Shown piece by piece: positions 11,515 to 23,520 of a stretch of 64,000 bases of DNA (position 1 is the stretch's first letter; the number at the start of each line of letters is the position of its first letter). A program made the position numbers and the translations under genes. Source of the DNA: Vitrella brassicaformis CCMP3155. Taxonomy: Eukaryota > Protista > Chromerida. A model generated the notes under the pieces. The model was not told where the DNA came from. It was given only the letters and a program-made list of their open reading frames with translations, and made no database searches. Where the stretch lies: positions 1 through 64,000 of the forward strand of contig CDMY01000259.1 of the NCBI GenBank assembly GCA_001179505.1, read 5' to 3'.

Positions 11515-14500
11515 TCGCGACCAAGAAGTCGCGGCGCTCTGTGCTGCTGGCCATTTCGTCGTATAGTACAGTCCTCACTCATTCTGTACGCACCTGCATT
11601 GCTGCCCACAATGCACCGTCGCCCCCCGGTGGCCATCGTCAGGTCAGTCGATCACTCACACACAAGGCGAGCATGTGATGTGCCCACATCTCCCCGTGTG
11701 TGTGTGTGTCATGTGACATGCAGGTCACTGGTCAGATCCTCACTGCGTAAGGAAGCCGATCTATTCTGACGCCCTCTTCGTCCATCAACGATCCATAAGG
11801 TATGTGTGCCACACACATGCACAGCCGAATATGCCCGCAGCTTCACGTGTCTCTCTTCGTGTGTGTGTACCATGGCTTGCAGATTCCCAGTGCCGGCAAC
11901 GAAGCCAATACACTACTCATTTGTCCGTCCTGCACACACCGCCACCGCCATAAGGTGTGCTCATTTAGACCACGCAGAGAGTACCCACTCACTCACGTCT
12001 CTCTGTGTGCGCGTCATGGCTGCAGTTTTCCTCTGCCGATGCGCTGACCGGTCGGCGATCGTCCGCCCTCACGCGCACACACCACCAAAGCACCGGCGTG
12101 GCATAGAGCCGCCGTTGTCGGGGTCTGCTAGCTGTTTTGCCGCCTCCATGGCCAGAGATAGAGAAGTGGATTGGGTGGTCGTGTCTGTGTGTGTGGGGGG
12201 TGTTTTCTAAGAGAGAGGAGAGCGCGCCATGTGTGTTTGCCTGCATGTCGTTTGTCCGACAGTGCCTGCCTGTCTGCCTGTCTGCCTGCCTATTTATCTG
12301 TCTGTCTGCGTGAGCCGTGATGTTGTGCGTGCAGCCTTTTGCAGAGAAGAGGGAACTGCATTGGGCGGGTCAGTTGGTGGTGCTTAACCAGTGGATGTCT
12401 GTCTGCTTGATGGGTCAGGGTGTCTGTTTGGGGTGCTTTCTAAGGTGTCTGCTGCCTGTTCCGCCGCCGTCCCATGGCAAGAGATAGATAGAGAGGCGGA
12501 TTAGTTGGTGGTGGGCGTGCCTGTGTCTGCCACGGTGTGTGTGTTGGGGTGTTGTCACCAGAGAGGGGAGAGCGCACCTATCGATCTATCTATCTATCGA
12601 TCCATCGTTCGTGGTGCACATTGTCACCCTTGTTTGTCCGGCTGCTCGTCTGTCTGCTTTGTTGGTCTGTGTGTGTGTCGGGGGTGTTTCGTAAGAGAGA
12701 GGGAGAGCTGGCGGCCTGTAATGTGATGCGTACACCGGCTCGGCTGGCAGACAGACAGGCAGACAGACAGACAGGCAGAAAGAGAGTCGGTGGGTCGGAG
12801 GCCACAGAGAGGCCGTGGTTGCGGTTGTTGGGGGGTGGATTGTGGGGGCCCGGCTCGGTTTCATCGAGCGGCCCTTGCAGCCATCCACTATCTCACCACA
12901 ACCACACGCAGCCGTCAGAGATCGGATGGGTGGTGATGTAGTGGCGCCGTTTTGGCCACCAGTGTCTGTTCTTGTCTGTTCTGATTAGCGGTGTTTGAAG
13001 CCAGCCATTTTGTGCTCTAGCTAAAGATGAGTAGCGAAGTCGCGGCCCTCTGTGCTGCTGGCCATTTCGTCCTTATAGTATCGTCCTCATTCATTCTGTA
13101 CGGACCTGCATTGCTGCCCACAATGCACCGTCGCCCCCCGGTGGCCATCGTCAGGTCAGTCGATCACTCACACACGAACGAGTGCCTGAGCATCTGGCTA
13201 TGTATGTGCCTTTCTCCCCGTGTGTGTGTGTGTGTGTGTGTCATGTGACTTGCAGGTCACTGGTCAGTTTGCCATTGCATAAGGAAGCCCATCTATTCTA
13301 ACCGCCCTCTTCCTCCATCAGTACGATCCATAAGGTATGTGTGCCACATACATGCCAAGCCGAATATGCCCTCAGCTTCACGTGTCTCTCCTCGTGTGTG
13401 TTTATGCCGTTGCGTGCAGGTTTCCAATGTCGTTAACGAAGCCAATATGCTACTCGCCGTCCTTTTCGCACTCTGCACACGCCACCGCCACACTAAGGTA
13501 GGTGGGTGTGGGCGTCAGTCACACACACATGCATGCACACCGAAGTACCTGCTCATCTGTCTACGCTGTGTCTGTGTCTCTGTCGCTCAGCAACCCGATC
13601 GCCTGCCTCCTCTTGCCCACAAGTCTCTGCCACACGCCACACAAGCCGAGATCGTTAAGCCGAGGCCGTCTTAAGGGTCACTGTGTCTGCTAGGGGAACT
13701 CATGGTGGATGTCACACTCGTGGTCTTTTGTAAGTGGGTAATCACTGCGTGACGTGACGTGACGTGTCGGGTGGCGTCTGTGTATTTTTTGTACCTACGT
13801 GTGCGTGAGCCGTGATGTCGTGCACGTGTGTGCGGCCTTTTGCGGAGAAGAGGGAACCGTCGATACTCCGATCTGCATCGGGCGAGTCAGTTGGTGGTGT
13901 GGTGGGGGTGGATTGTGGGGGCAGATAGTCGGTGGGGCGGCAAATCGCTGTCTACATTTTATATTTGTTTGGCTGTGTCTCACTTGTGAACGCACCACTA
14001 AGGCCGAGACGAAGGTGAGGCGGCTGGGGGCAGACAGACGAGATCAGAGAGAGAATTCAATGCAATTCAATCTGTGCCCTCCTGTGTATTCCAGACTGCC
14101 ACGACCTGCAGCGTGACGATCCACAACGTACGTGTGCCCACGACACGGACGGCCGAATATACCCTCAGCTTCACGTGTCGCGCCTCCTGTGTATGTGCCA
14201 TTGCTTGCAGGTTTCCTCCCTCCCAGTGCTGTGGTGCCCAACCAGCCGGCCAACCAACCAGTAACGAAGCCAATATACGTACTGCTCATTCTTCCTTCCA
14301 CACTCTCTACACGCCGCCACCACCGTAAGGTACGTGGGTATGGGCGTCAGTCTCATGCACGCCGAAGTGCCTGCTCATCTCTACGTGTGTGTGTGTGTCC
14401 CCGACCCAATCGCCTCCTACTCTTCTGTCTATCACGCCCCCCACACACCCCACACACCACACGCCAAGCCAAGCCAAGCGAGAGAGAGAGAGAGAGACAA

Positions 14501-14960
14501 CTCACGTGGGGGAAACTCAAGCGTATGTGCGTGGGGAATGGCTGTCTGTCGTGTCACATGGGGGGATCTCACGGGAACAGATGACACACACGTGCCCGCG
14601 ATCGATGGATGGATGTCATTCGCTCGTGGCCTCCTGTAAGTGAGTAGTGAGTATGGATGGATGGATGGATGTGTGTGTTTGGTTGTGTCCTCTTTAGGCT
14701 GTGGCCAAGCCGCCATCGACCACCTCGGCCGCCGACCACCGCATCACCACATCCACAGCTAGTGGCGTCCCCCTCCCCCGCCCCCGCAGACACCACACCG
14801 CCCAGGGGAAGGCGTTGGCAGACCGCTGTCTACATTTTATATTTGACTGGCTGTGCGTCACTTCTCAATAAAGTCCCAAGAATGCATGGTGTGTATTTTT
14901 GGCACCTACGCTCCTGCACACTGACTCTGGTACTTACCTTCGGACGGACACACTGGGGAT
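11515..14960 (+). repeat. Degenerate tandem array of modules also found around the J-family genes
   Basis: Module B at ~11515-11990, 12956-13560 and partially ~14100-14400. The 3'-flank of copy 2 (ggcatagagc(t/c)gccgttgtcggggtctg) recurs at ~12100. The upstream module (tgcgtgagcc(t/g)tgatgt...gaaga...ccgtcga(c/t)actccgatctgcatc) occurs at ~1178-1275, ~12307 and ~13802. A relic of the last exon (ag|gctgtggcc..gccgcc(g/a)tcgac) lies at ~14699. Confidence 0.8.
13027..13301 (+). CDS. Candidate 57-aa spliced small hydrophobic protein within module B
   Basis: Exons 13027-13154 and 13256-13301 give MSSEVAALCAAGHFVLIVSSSFILYGPALLPTMHRRPPVAIVRSLVSLPLHKEAHLF*. The stop falls at the same position in the other two copies. 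Confidence 0.3.
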
Positions 14961-16153
14961 CCCACCCAATACAAGACAAAAAATTCACCATCAAGTGCCA
15001 GGTGGCGCATGAGCACACAAACACATCAGTCTCACGAACACACACACACACACACACACACACGGTCCGCACCACAACACATCAGTCTCACGAACACACA
15101 CACAACAGATCAGATCGAAGTTAGGTACACGGAACAGATCGCGTCCATCAACCACATCACTCTACTCAGTCAGTCAGTCAGTCAGTCCACAAACGAGAGG
15201 GACGGGCGAGCAGCATACACACATCGATGCACAGTGATCGAACCAGCGGCTCGAGGAGAATGACTGACAGGGCAGAAAGAAAGAGCCCCTCTATAGAACA
15301 CCCATCCATACCACCTAGCCTCTTCGACACCTTGAACTGCCCACAGCGGTGACCCACCACCCATGACGCGCCTCCTTCCCTTCTGGTGGAGCGTCCAGTC
15401 CACATGCGTCGCCATGCCTTGACCAGAGGGCTCGCCTCTCGAACTTTCAGAGGGTGGTGAGGCATTCTCTTCTGAGAGAACCAAGTATGGGGGACTCCAC
15501 ACAGAGAGCGAAAGAAATGCCTGCCTGCCGCCCCTGTACTCACCGTTGGCCGCGTGACGCGGGGAGGGCGACCCGACCCTGACGTGCCTCGTTTGCCCAA
15601 GCTGGCGGCACCCTCACTCTGCTGAGCGGCAGTCGAATAGCGAGGCCGACCGACATGCGCTCCAGCTTGCGGCAGCGTTGAATGGCACTCTGGACCTTGA
15701 CCTTTCTCTCCAGCATGTTTTCACGTCCGCCTCCTCGCGCGTCGCCCAGCTAGGGAGACCCTCTCCCTCTTGAGCCGGCCAAGCGCTGACAAAAAGAGGC
15801 GAGCAGGCAGGAGAACAGCCGGACGCGGAAGACCGAGGAGGCGATGGAGACGCCGCAAGAGCTCCAGAAGGCATAGGGGGACGGAATCACACGCAACCGC
15901 AACCGACCGAATCGGCTCGTCGAGAGATCTCGACAGATCTTGGAAGCCGAGATCTTTGCTGATACTTGCCAGGTGGGCAGCACGGACAACAGAGAACTCA
16001 GGGCGAGGGACTCAAGTCAAGCTCGCAAAAGATCAGCAGATTTCAGATCCTTGAGTTTCGTGGAAGAAAGCCCTCCAGCACTAGACTTAGGTGCCGATTT
16101 TTCATCGCCAGCAAGCGACAAGGCGTTTCGGGCCTGGCATCTGCAGATTTCAG

Positions 16154-18918
16154 ATGCTGCTGCGTCGGGCATTGAGCCATGGGTGGTCCCCTGGCACAGC
16201 GTGGCTGAGATGCATGAGTGTGGGCAGGAGCCGCCAGCCATTCCAGGAGCTGCTCCTGCCAATCGAGATCAAGACCGAGGTAGGTGTGCAGACAGACAGA
16301 CAGAGCACCACACACACAATTATGCACTCACACAGAGGTTGACAAGTGCTTGCTTGGTCTGTCGATCAGTTCCCAGGTCCAGAGTCAGAGAGGCTCAAGG
16401 CCGAGTATGACCAAATCGGAGGAGGTCAGCACATAAATGCCGCAGAGAGGAGAGAGGGAGGGAGGCATCGTGTGTGTGTGTGTGTGTGTGTTCGTGTGTC
16501 CCGCATGGCTGGCTACTGCTGTAACATCCGTCCATCCACCATGGCTGCAGGCGGAGGTGCGGTGAAGTTCTTTGTTGACTTCGAGTCGAGTCAGGGCAAC
16601 TACCTGGTAGACGCCGATGGGAACAGGATGCTCGACATGTACGGCCACATCGCATCCATACCCCTGGTCAGTCAGTCAGTCACATGAGACGAGAGAGACT
16701 AAAGCTGCTGTCTTGTGTTGTGTTGTGTTGTCTTGTGTTGTCTTGTGTTGTCTTGTGTTGTGTTGTGTTGTGTTGATGTGTCAGGGTTACAACCATCCCC
16801 GTCTGTCTGCGCTGTCTGAGCTGCCGCACATGAAGACGCTGCTCGTCAACAGGGCTGCGCTGGGCCTCATGCCGCCTAAGGACTTTGGAACCAAAGTACA
16901 GCACATAAGACGATATGTGATCGACTTGCCGTGTGTATCAGTGTCTGTGTCTGTGTGTGTGTAGGTGAAGGACATTCTGATGAGTGTTGCGCCGCCTGGC
17001 ATGACCAATGTGCGTGTGAATGCACCGTACCCACCGAACCTGTGTGTGAGTCCTCCCTCTGTCACACACACAGGTGTGCACGATGGCGTGCGGCAGCTGC
17101 GCCAATGAGAATGCATACAAAGCAGGTAGGTCCAGCACGGCAACATGTCTAGGCAGGGCAGTCATCCTTTGCCTTTGGTCTTTTCTCTCCCTGTATGTCA
17201 GCGTGCTTCGTCTACCAGAGCAGGCGGCGCGAGGCTGAGGGCCGCGGCAAATGGGAATACACGGATGAGGACAAAGAATCCACACTGGTAGACGAACGAA
17301 TGGCAGCAAAGAGAGACGGGTGGGTGTAGGCGGCATCCCCTTTTGTGTGCGTCTTCTTCAGGTCGGCGAGCCTCCCGGCTCCCCTCAGCTGAGCATCCTC
17401 TCCTTCAAAGGAGGTCAGTCTTTGCACAAGTCATCTGATGGAAGCTGGCCTCCTTCACGTGTGTGCATGTGTCAGGGTTCCATGGCCGCACGTTTGGCAG
17501 CCTGACGACAACGCACACAAAAGACACCCACAAACTGGACGTCCCCGGTAAGTTTCAAAGGGAAACACTGAGACACTTGGGGTGCGTGTAAAGAATAACA
17601 TGCATCATCCATCTCTTCTTGACTTGCAGCCTTCCCGTGGCCCGTTGCTGACTTCCCGAGACTCAAATACCCACTGGAAGAGGTCAGAAACTGACCGCGC
17701 TGGAGATCATTCGCCGTTCGATGTGTGTGTCTGGCATCGGTCAGAACGTGGAAGCCAACAGAGCGGAGGAGGCACGGTGTCTGCAGACGGTGGAGGACCT
17801 GATTGTCGACAGGGAGAAGCGCAACGACTGGCCTGTCGCTGCCGTGGTCGTCGAGCCCATTCAGGTACCTACCTAGACACAGTTGAATGAAGTGATCTGA
17901 CGGACATACGTTTGTGTGGCTTCCTGGATGCAATGCAGTCTGAGGGCGGGGACCACCATGCGTCTGCTGACTTCTTCCGAGGCCTCAGAGATGTCACCAG
18001 ACGGCATGGAGTGGTAAGACAAGACACACAGGATGAGCCATTGAACGCATCCTCGCTCTGTCTCCGTGTGTGTGCAGGCGTTGATTGTGGATGAGGTCCA
18101 GACGGGCGTGGCAGCCACAGGGCACATGTGGTGAGTGGATAAAGGGATGACAAACACACGACATGAAGAGTGTACACCTGCTTTCTGTGTACAGGGCTCA
18201 CGAATCATGGAATCTGACAGACCCGCCAGATCTCGTCACATTCTCCAAGAAATCACAGGTAGGTTGGTAGGCAGAAACGGTCCCTGGCTATCTGTGTGTG
18301 CGTATGTGTGTGTGTGTGTGTGTGTGTGTCAGATTGCTGGTCTGTACTTCACCGATGCGTTCCGTCCCAATGTCGGATATCGGATCTTCAACACCTGGAT
18401 GGGCGACGCGGTCAGGCTGTACCAGTTCCAAGCCATCCTCCAAACCATCGAGGTAGGTGGGCATGCGAGACGCGCAGCCCGGATCACGTGTGTGCCTTTA
18501 TTGGCGTTGGTCAGAGCGAGAAGTTGCTGGACAACTGCCGCAAGACGGGCGATGCGTTGCTGGCCGTCCTGCAGGAGGCAGCAGCGACCTACCCCTCTTT
18601 GCTCAAGAACCCCCGCGGTCAGGGCACCATCTGCGCCGTCGATGGCGTCGACACCGCCACGAGGGACACCATTGTCGACAAAATGAGGCACAAAGGCGTC
18701 CTGATGGGTGAGTGAGAGAAAGGGCGAGAGGATAGACAACGGCGCTTCTGATGATGAACCTTACGCTTATGTGCATGTGTGTTTGGATGAGTGCAGGTGT
18801 GTGTGGGTCTCATGCGCTTCGTTTCCGGCCGTCGTTGACCTTCTCCCCATTGCACGTGCAGCAGTTCGCCCCTATTTTCATCAAAGTGCTCGAGGAGGTC
18901 GCATCGGCGAAACCGTGA
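16154..18918 (+). CDS. ABAT: 4-aminobutyrate aminotransferase (GABA transaminase), multi-exon, probably mitochondrial
   Basis: Spliced motifs: [129 protein letters not shown] (PLP lysine), [10 protein letters not shown] and [12 protein letters not shown]. The N-terminus [10 protein letters not shown]... is Arg-rich and lacks acidic residues, like a mitochondrial presequence. Confidence 0.96.
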
Positions 18919-19324
18919 CGGTCGTCTTTTTCTCGCGCGTGAGATATTTGTCGATCGGTTCACACATGCCAGCTGGCTGTATTGTAGAAAGTATGAAGCG
19001 TGTTGATGTATGTGATGGCATGGTGCAAGACCAAGACACACAGGCCTTTTGTCCACCCATGCGTACGCACACGAGCGAGAGGCAGGCTGCTCATGTATGT
19101 CATATCACTCAACTCGTCGGAACGTCCCAAATCGATGCATGTCTCGATGACTGCATGCCTTGCTTTGCAAATCACAGGCGAAAAAAGGCAGAACAGACAA
19201 CTCACACAGACACTCACACTCACACACACACTCCCCCTTTCCCGCCTTCTCTTGTCTCCTTCCCTCCCTCCCGCTTCCCTCCTGGTTGGTCGACGGTTGG
19301 TTGTTGCGCGCGCCCCTCACTCAC

Positions 19325-19885
19325 TCAGAGGCCCAGGTCGTGCAGCAGTTTGTCGGTCCACTCGCCCGCTTCCGGGATGAACATGGGGGCCAGCACGACC
19401 ACCAGCACGGCAGCCGACAGCACCACCCCCACGGCAACAAGACACTGGCACCGACAGCTTCTGTACCAGTCCTTCTCCGAGGCCATGTGCGTCGTGATCT
19501 CGTCGACCAGGGCCGCCTGCCTGGCCTCCGCCCCCATCATAGCCCCCGACCGCTCCTTCTCCAGCGCGTCGAGCCGCTTGGGCGTGGCGTCCTCCTCCAG
19601 GCCGCCCCTGCCTCCCCCAGACCACGCCGACGTTGTCTCCTTCCACGCGGCTGCGAAGCCCTCCTTGAAGCCCTCCTTCCACGTCTTCTTACCCCCCTTG
19701 CCAGCCACCGGGGTGCGCTCCCGCAGCGACTTGGAACCTGGGCTTTGGCTCATCGGACTGGCGCTCATGGGGCTGGCCTGCTGGTCTTCGAGAGTGGACT
19801 GGAGAGCCGATGCGCCGCCCGGGGGACCTGGCTTCGGCACAGGCAGGGTTTGGGGGGACTGCTGGTGACGCACGTCGCTCCACAT
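19325..19885 (-). CDS. Hypothetical single-exon membrane protein (Ser/Pro-rich N-terminus, short coiled coil, C-terminal TM helix)
   Basis: 186 aa from MWSDVRHQQ. Contains KRLDALEKERSG...EITTHMASEK, then CRCQC and a hydrophobic LVAVGVVLSAAVLVVVLAPMFI. Divergent from the gene at 20132. Confidence 0.65.
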   Translation of the reverse strand: MWSDVRHQQSPQTLPVPKPGPPGGASALQSTLEDQQASPMSASPMSQSPGSKSLRERTPVAGKGGKKTWKEGFKEGFAAAWKETTSAWSGGGRGGLEEDATPKRLDALEKERSGAMMGAEARQAALVDEITTHMASEKDWYRSCRCQCLVAVGVVLSAAVLVVVLAPMFIPEAGEWTDKLLHDLGL

Positions 19886-20131
19886 CCTCGCTTCAGCTTC
19901 AACTTGGGAGTTCAAGTTGTTCCGGGAAGACTGGGGGCAGGCCCCCACTTCAAAATTCTCGACGATTCTTTCGCTTCGAATTCTAAGCTCGCACGCGAAT
20001 TGGAAAGGAAGAGAGCCGGAAAGTAGAAATAGGTGAAAGTTGAGTTGACGTTGTTGAGTTGACGTTGTCAGAAAACGGAGACCCCCGTAATCTCGTTCGC
20101 TGACTACCGTCGTCGCCAGATCTCTCCCGCG

Positions 20132-21309
20132 ATGGCTGCCCCGCGTTCCCAGGTGCCCACCGAGAGGACGGAGAACTTCCGCGCCGCTGTCCAGAGGCAG
20201 GGTGGCGGTTTCAACAGCGAGCGGCTTGTCCAGCTGCTGAAGCAGTGGGATCAGGACGGGGATGGCAAGTTCGGCTTGGAGGAGGTGGTCAAGGCCGCCA
20301 GGGAGCTGGAGGGGGAGCAGAGGAAGAGCAGGAACCTCACCTGGGTGCTCGCCGCCTTCATCATACTCTACCTCGCCACTCTCGCCATCTTCCTCGGTGG
20401 GAAGGAGGGAGGGAAGGAAGACCACAGAGGGACAGGACAGCAAACGGATGATGTGTGCGTTTCGTGTCGGTGTGTGTGTGATACAGGCATGACTGTAGCT
20501 GCCAATGAGTTGTCCAAGGACTACCGTCCCGATGTGGACGGCCGGCTGACCCCGACCGGCAAGTATGAGCAGACGGTGTCCACCAGGGAGGCCCTCGACT
20601 CCATCCAGATGTTCGACTTCCTCGATGTGAGTCAGTCAGTCGACTGGAAATGGACACAACCCATTCACCCACCCACCAGCCATCGTGAACCTCTCCCCCC
20701 TCTGTCTGTCTGTCTGCGTGCGTGTGTGTGTTCAGATTGACTTCGCTGATCTGTACAAGGCGGAGGCCATCTACCTGGAGTTCAACGCGACTAGCGAGTC
20801 AGGGCGGATCGAGAAGATTGAGAAGTTCTACAAGATCGCAGAGGTGTCTCGCAACCCCGAGGCCCGCCACGTGGAGATCAAGTTCGAGAGCGGCGAGTTC
20901 ATGACCATGTCGGACGCAGGCGCCAACCTGTACGAGGCCGGCGCCACGGAGGAGGGTGACACCATCGCCGTCTTCAAGGGTGAGTAGTCTGGAAGGGAGC
21001 CAAAACACACCGGTCTCACACACTTTGCATCTGGTTCGTCTTCTCCCTGTGTTGTGTCCAGGTCCTGAGTTCAAAGAGGAAGCGAGCAACGAGGAGAACA
21101 AGCTGACCAACGAGACCATCCCGGAGGACCAGCGGCGGCTGCAGGCGCCCACCCGCTTCGGCACGCAGGGCGGCCGGGCCAACAATATCTTCTTCAACAC
21201 CGGACGCCTCTACGACCGCGGCATCGTCGATATCGGTGCGGGCAGGTTCCAGGCGCTCGCCGTGCGCGGCAGGTGCCTCGGCAGCCGATTCCAGTGCCGA
21301 TCTTTTTGA
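20132..21309 (+). CDS. EF-hand plus transmembrane protein (hypothetical family), 4 exons
   Basis: Canonical EF loop DQDGDGKFGLEE, TM helix LTWVLAAFIILYLATLAIFLG, then MTVAANELSKD and a C-terminal EDQRRLQ motif. Exons join in frame across GT-AG introns. Confidence 0.8.
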
Positions 21310-22848
21310 AGCATAGCGGGGCCGGACGGGATGGGGCGGGCTGGCATGTGTGTATCCACCTACTACTGTGTTGAGTGTCTGTCCGTGTATGTGTGTATTG
21401 TCAGGGGGGTGGGGGGCGTATGAGAGTTTTTCTGTGTGGGTCGGAGTGGGGGATGGGTTGTCTCTCAGTGTAATGGGCGGGCGAAGGTAAGTAAAGCTTA
21501 TGGGTTGGTTGGGTGAACGGATGGGTGGATGTCGAAGCGCATCGTGGGGGTCATGCATACAGACCGTCCCTGCCGGCTATGATTTAGTCACACGTAGCTA
21601 TCTGCCTGGCTGGCTGGCCTGGCGGGGGCACAGGCTCTCTCCCGCCTCGCAGAAGCGAGCAGGCACGCAGACCAGCAGCTGTACAGCTAGCTACACAAAG
21701 ACAGACAATACACGACCGCAGCAAAGGGTGGATCGCTTCTCTAGCTGTCTGCGCCTTTGTCGCCTGTGTGCATGTGTGGGTGCAATGATCCTTTTTATGT
21801 GGGGATGTCGTTTGTCCGCCTGTCTGCCTGCCTGCCTGCCTGCCTGCCTGGTTGTCTGTCTGTCTGTCCCTCCCTCCCTCCCTCCACCATCAATTAAGGC
21901 CCCCTGCCTGCCTCCCTGTGTGTCATTTCATCGCGTGCCGTGTCCCATGACCCTATCGTTTCTGTGTGTGCATCGCCGCCTCTACACGGAGGGGATGATG
22001 CAGTGAGCCAGCCAGCCGGCCAGCCAGCCTTGTGAGTCTGTCTGTCTGTATGGATTGAGGTGTGTGTACCCACCGCGTTTCTCAGTTTTCCTGCAGTGCG
22101 TATTTTTGTTGGATGGCGGGTGGGGTGGGGTGGTGGGTGGTGGGTTGGTTGGCCTCTTGTGTGGATAAATACGTAAGCTGTCTGTCTACCTATCAATGCA
22201 TACATACATACATACGTGGTTCGCTCCATACCATACATACGTTCATTCCTGGCTGTCTGTCTGTCTATCGCTGTGAGTGAGTGTTTTATGTGTTCGAAGA
22301 TGCTGCTGCTACAGCTGCCATGCCATACATGGCCTGGCCTGCATACGCGTGGTGTGTTGCTTTCCTGCGGGAGCAGGGTGGGTGGATGGGATGGGCGGTT
22401 CCGGCTCTTTCTTGACGACTGCTGGGGTTTTGTTTCTTTTTACTGTCCCCACTCTTCCTTGGCTGCGGCGCTGTCTCTTTCTTTCTCGCTCGCTCTCTGC
22501 AGATCTATGTCTGCCTGTCTATCTTGTGTCGTGTATGTATGCTGGTGGGTCTGCTCGTGCTCTTGCTCGTGTCGCGCCGCGGCTCTATCTGTCTGTCGGT
22601 GTGTCGCTGCCGTTGCCATATCAGCGAATCCCGCTGAAACAGCCGCGATTCGCTGACGGACCGATGCACAGATAATGTGTCTCTGGATGGGGTGGGGGTC
22701 CTGAAGACAGACGATATGCTGACCGCTGAGTGTATGTATGGCTGCCTGGCTGGCTGACACACTGACTGACACATGGCTGTCTTTTATCGAGATGTCGCCG
22801 TCGTGACTCGATTGCCTGCTCCCGTAATCCTTGATGGAATCCATTCGT

Positions 22849-22946
22849 GACGTTGCCTCCTGGTATCGTGTTGTCCGCAACGTTTGAGCTTTCTCTTGAA
22901 AGAGAAAGGCCCCAAACGTTGCGGGTCGACAGGCACCAGGGACGTC
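22849..22946. other. Intergenic long hairpin
   Basis: Core ccgcaacgtttg..ctttctct[tgaa]agagaaag....caaacgttgcgg, extended by cctggt/accagg and gacgt/acgtc. Confidence 0.8.
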
Positions 22947-23520
22947 CGGGCACGCCAGGAGGTGTTGTCCCTTTCGAGCACTCTCAGCTGCCTGCCTGCC
23001 TGCCTTTTTACATCGTTTTTATGACACCTGGATGGATGGATGGTTGGTTGGTTGGTTGGTTTATCCCTTTGCTGCCTGGACTCGTTCAGCAGCAGACTGA
23101 GTGCGTCCGACAGAGAGAGGGAGATGCGCTTCGTGAGTCGTCGAGTCAACTGTGTGTGTGTGTGTGTTTGCGTGTGTGTGTGTCGTGTCCTGACATCCAT
23201 ACTTGCATGCGTGAATGACGCTGCCGGTCGGTGTTGATCAGATGAGATGTGTGGAATGTGTACGATACGTATACGCAGTAGCATACAGCCACGAGCGCTC
23301 ACATGCCGTGTAGACACAGTGTCCAATCACTCACACATCGATCGCGAATTAATCGGATCTACACTGCGCTGCAGACTAGACACATCTACACACCCCTCTC
23401 CCCATGATTCACCACAGCCAATCATGATACAAATCCATCACAACCAAGTTCGATCGACAAGCTCGCATGGGGCCGAGCGACTTTCATCAGAGGAGTGAAG
23501 CTTAGAGGTCTCTCGACATC

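Noticed and set aside
3400-15000. Helitron, TIR or LTR termini for the mosaic
   Set aside because: The CTAG sites (~3446, 7986, 13017) lack a preceding GC hairpin. No terminal inverted repeats, TG..CA ends, PBS or TSD were seen.
15300-15720. Possible minus-strand gene divergent from ABAT (MLERKVKVQSAIQRC...)
   Set aside because: Splice signals are present, but I could not join the exons into one consistent open frame or recognise a product.
19886-20443. N-terminal extension of the 372-aa ORF 19325..20443
   Set aside because: It overlaps the EF-hand gene antisense and the AT-richer promoter; the ATG at 19885 is the more plausible start.
21310-23500. Numerous 60-180 aa ORFs in intergenic and intronic microsatellite sequence, here and throughout the window
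   Set aside because: They translate as VCVC/HTHT/CLSV runs from (TG)n and (CTGT)n repeats and are not coding.
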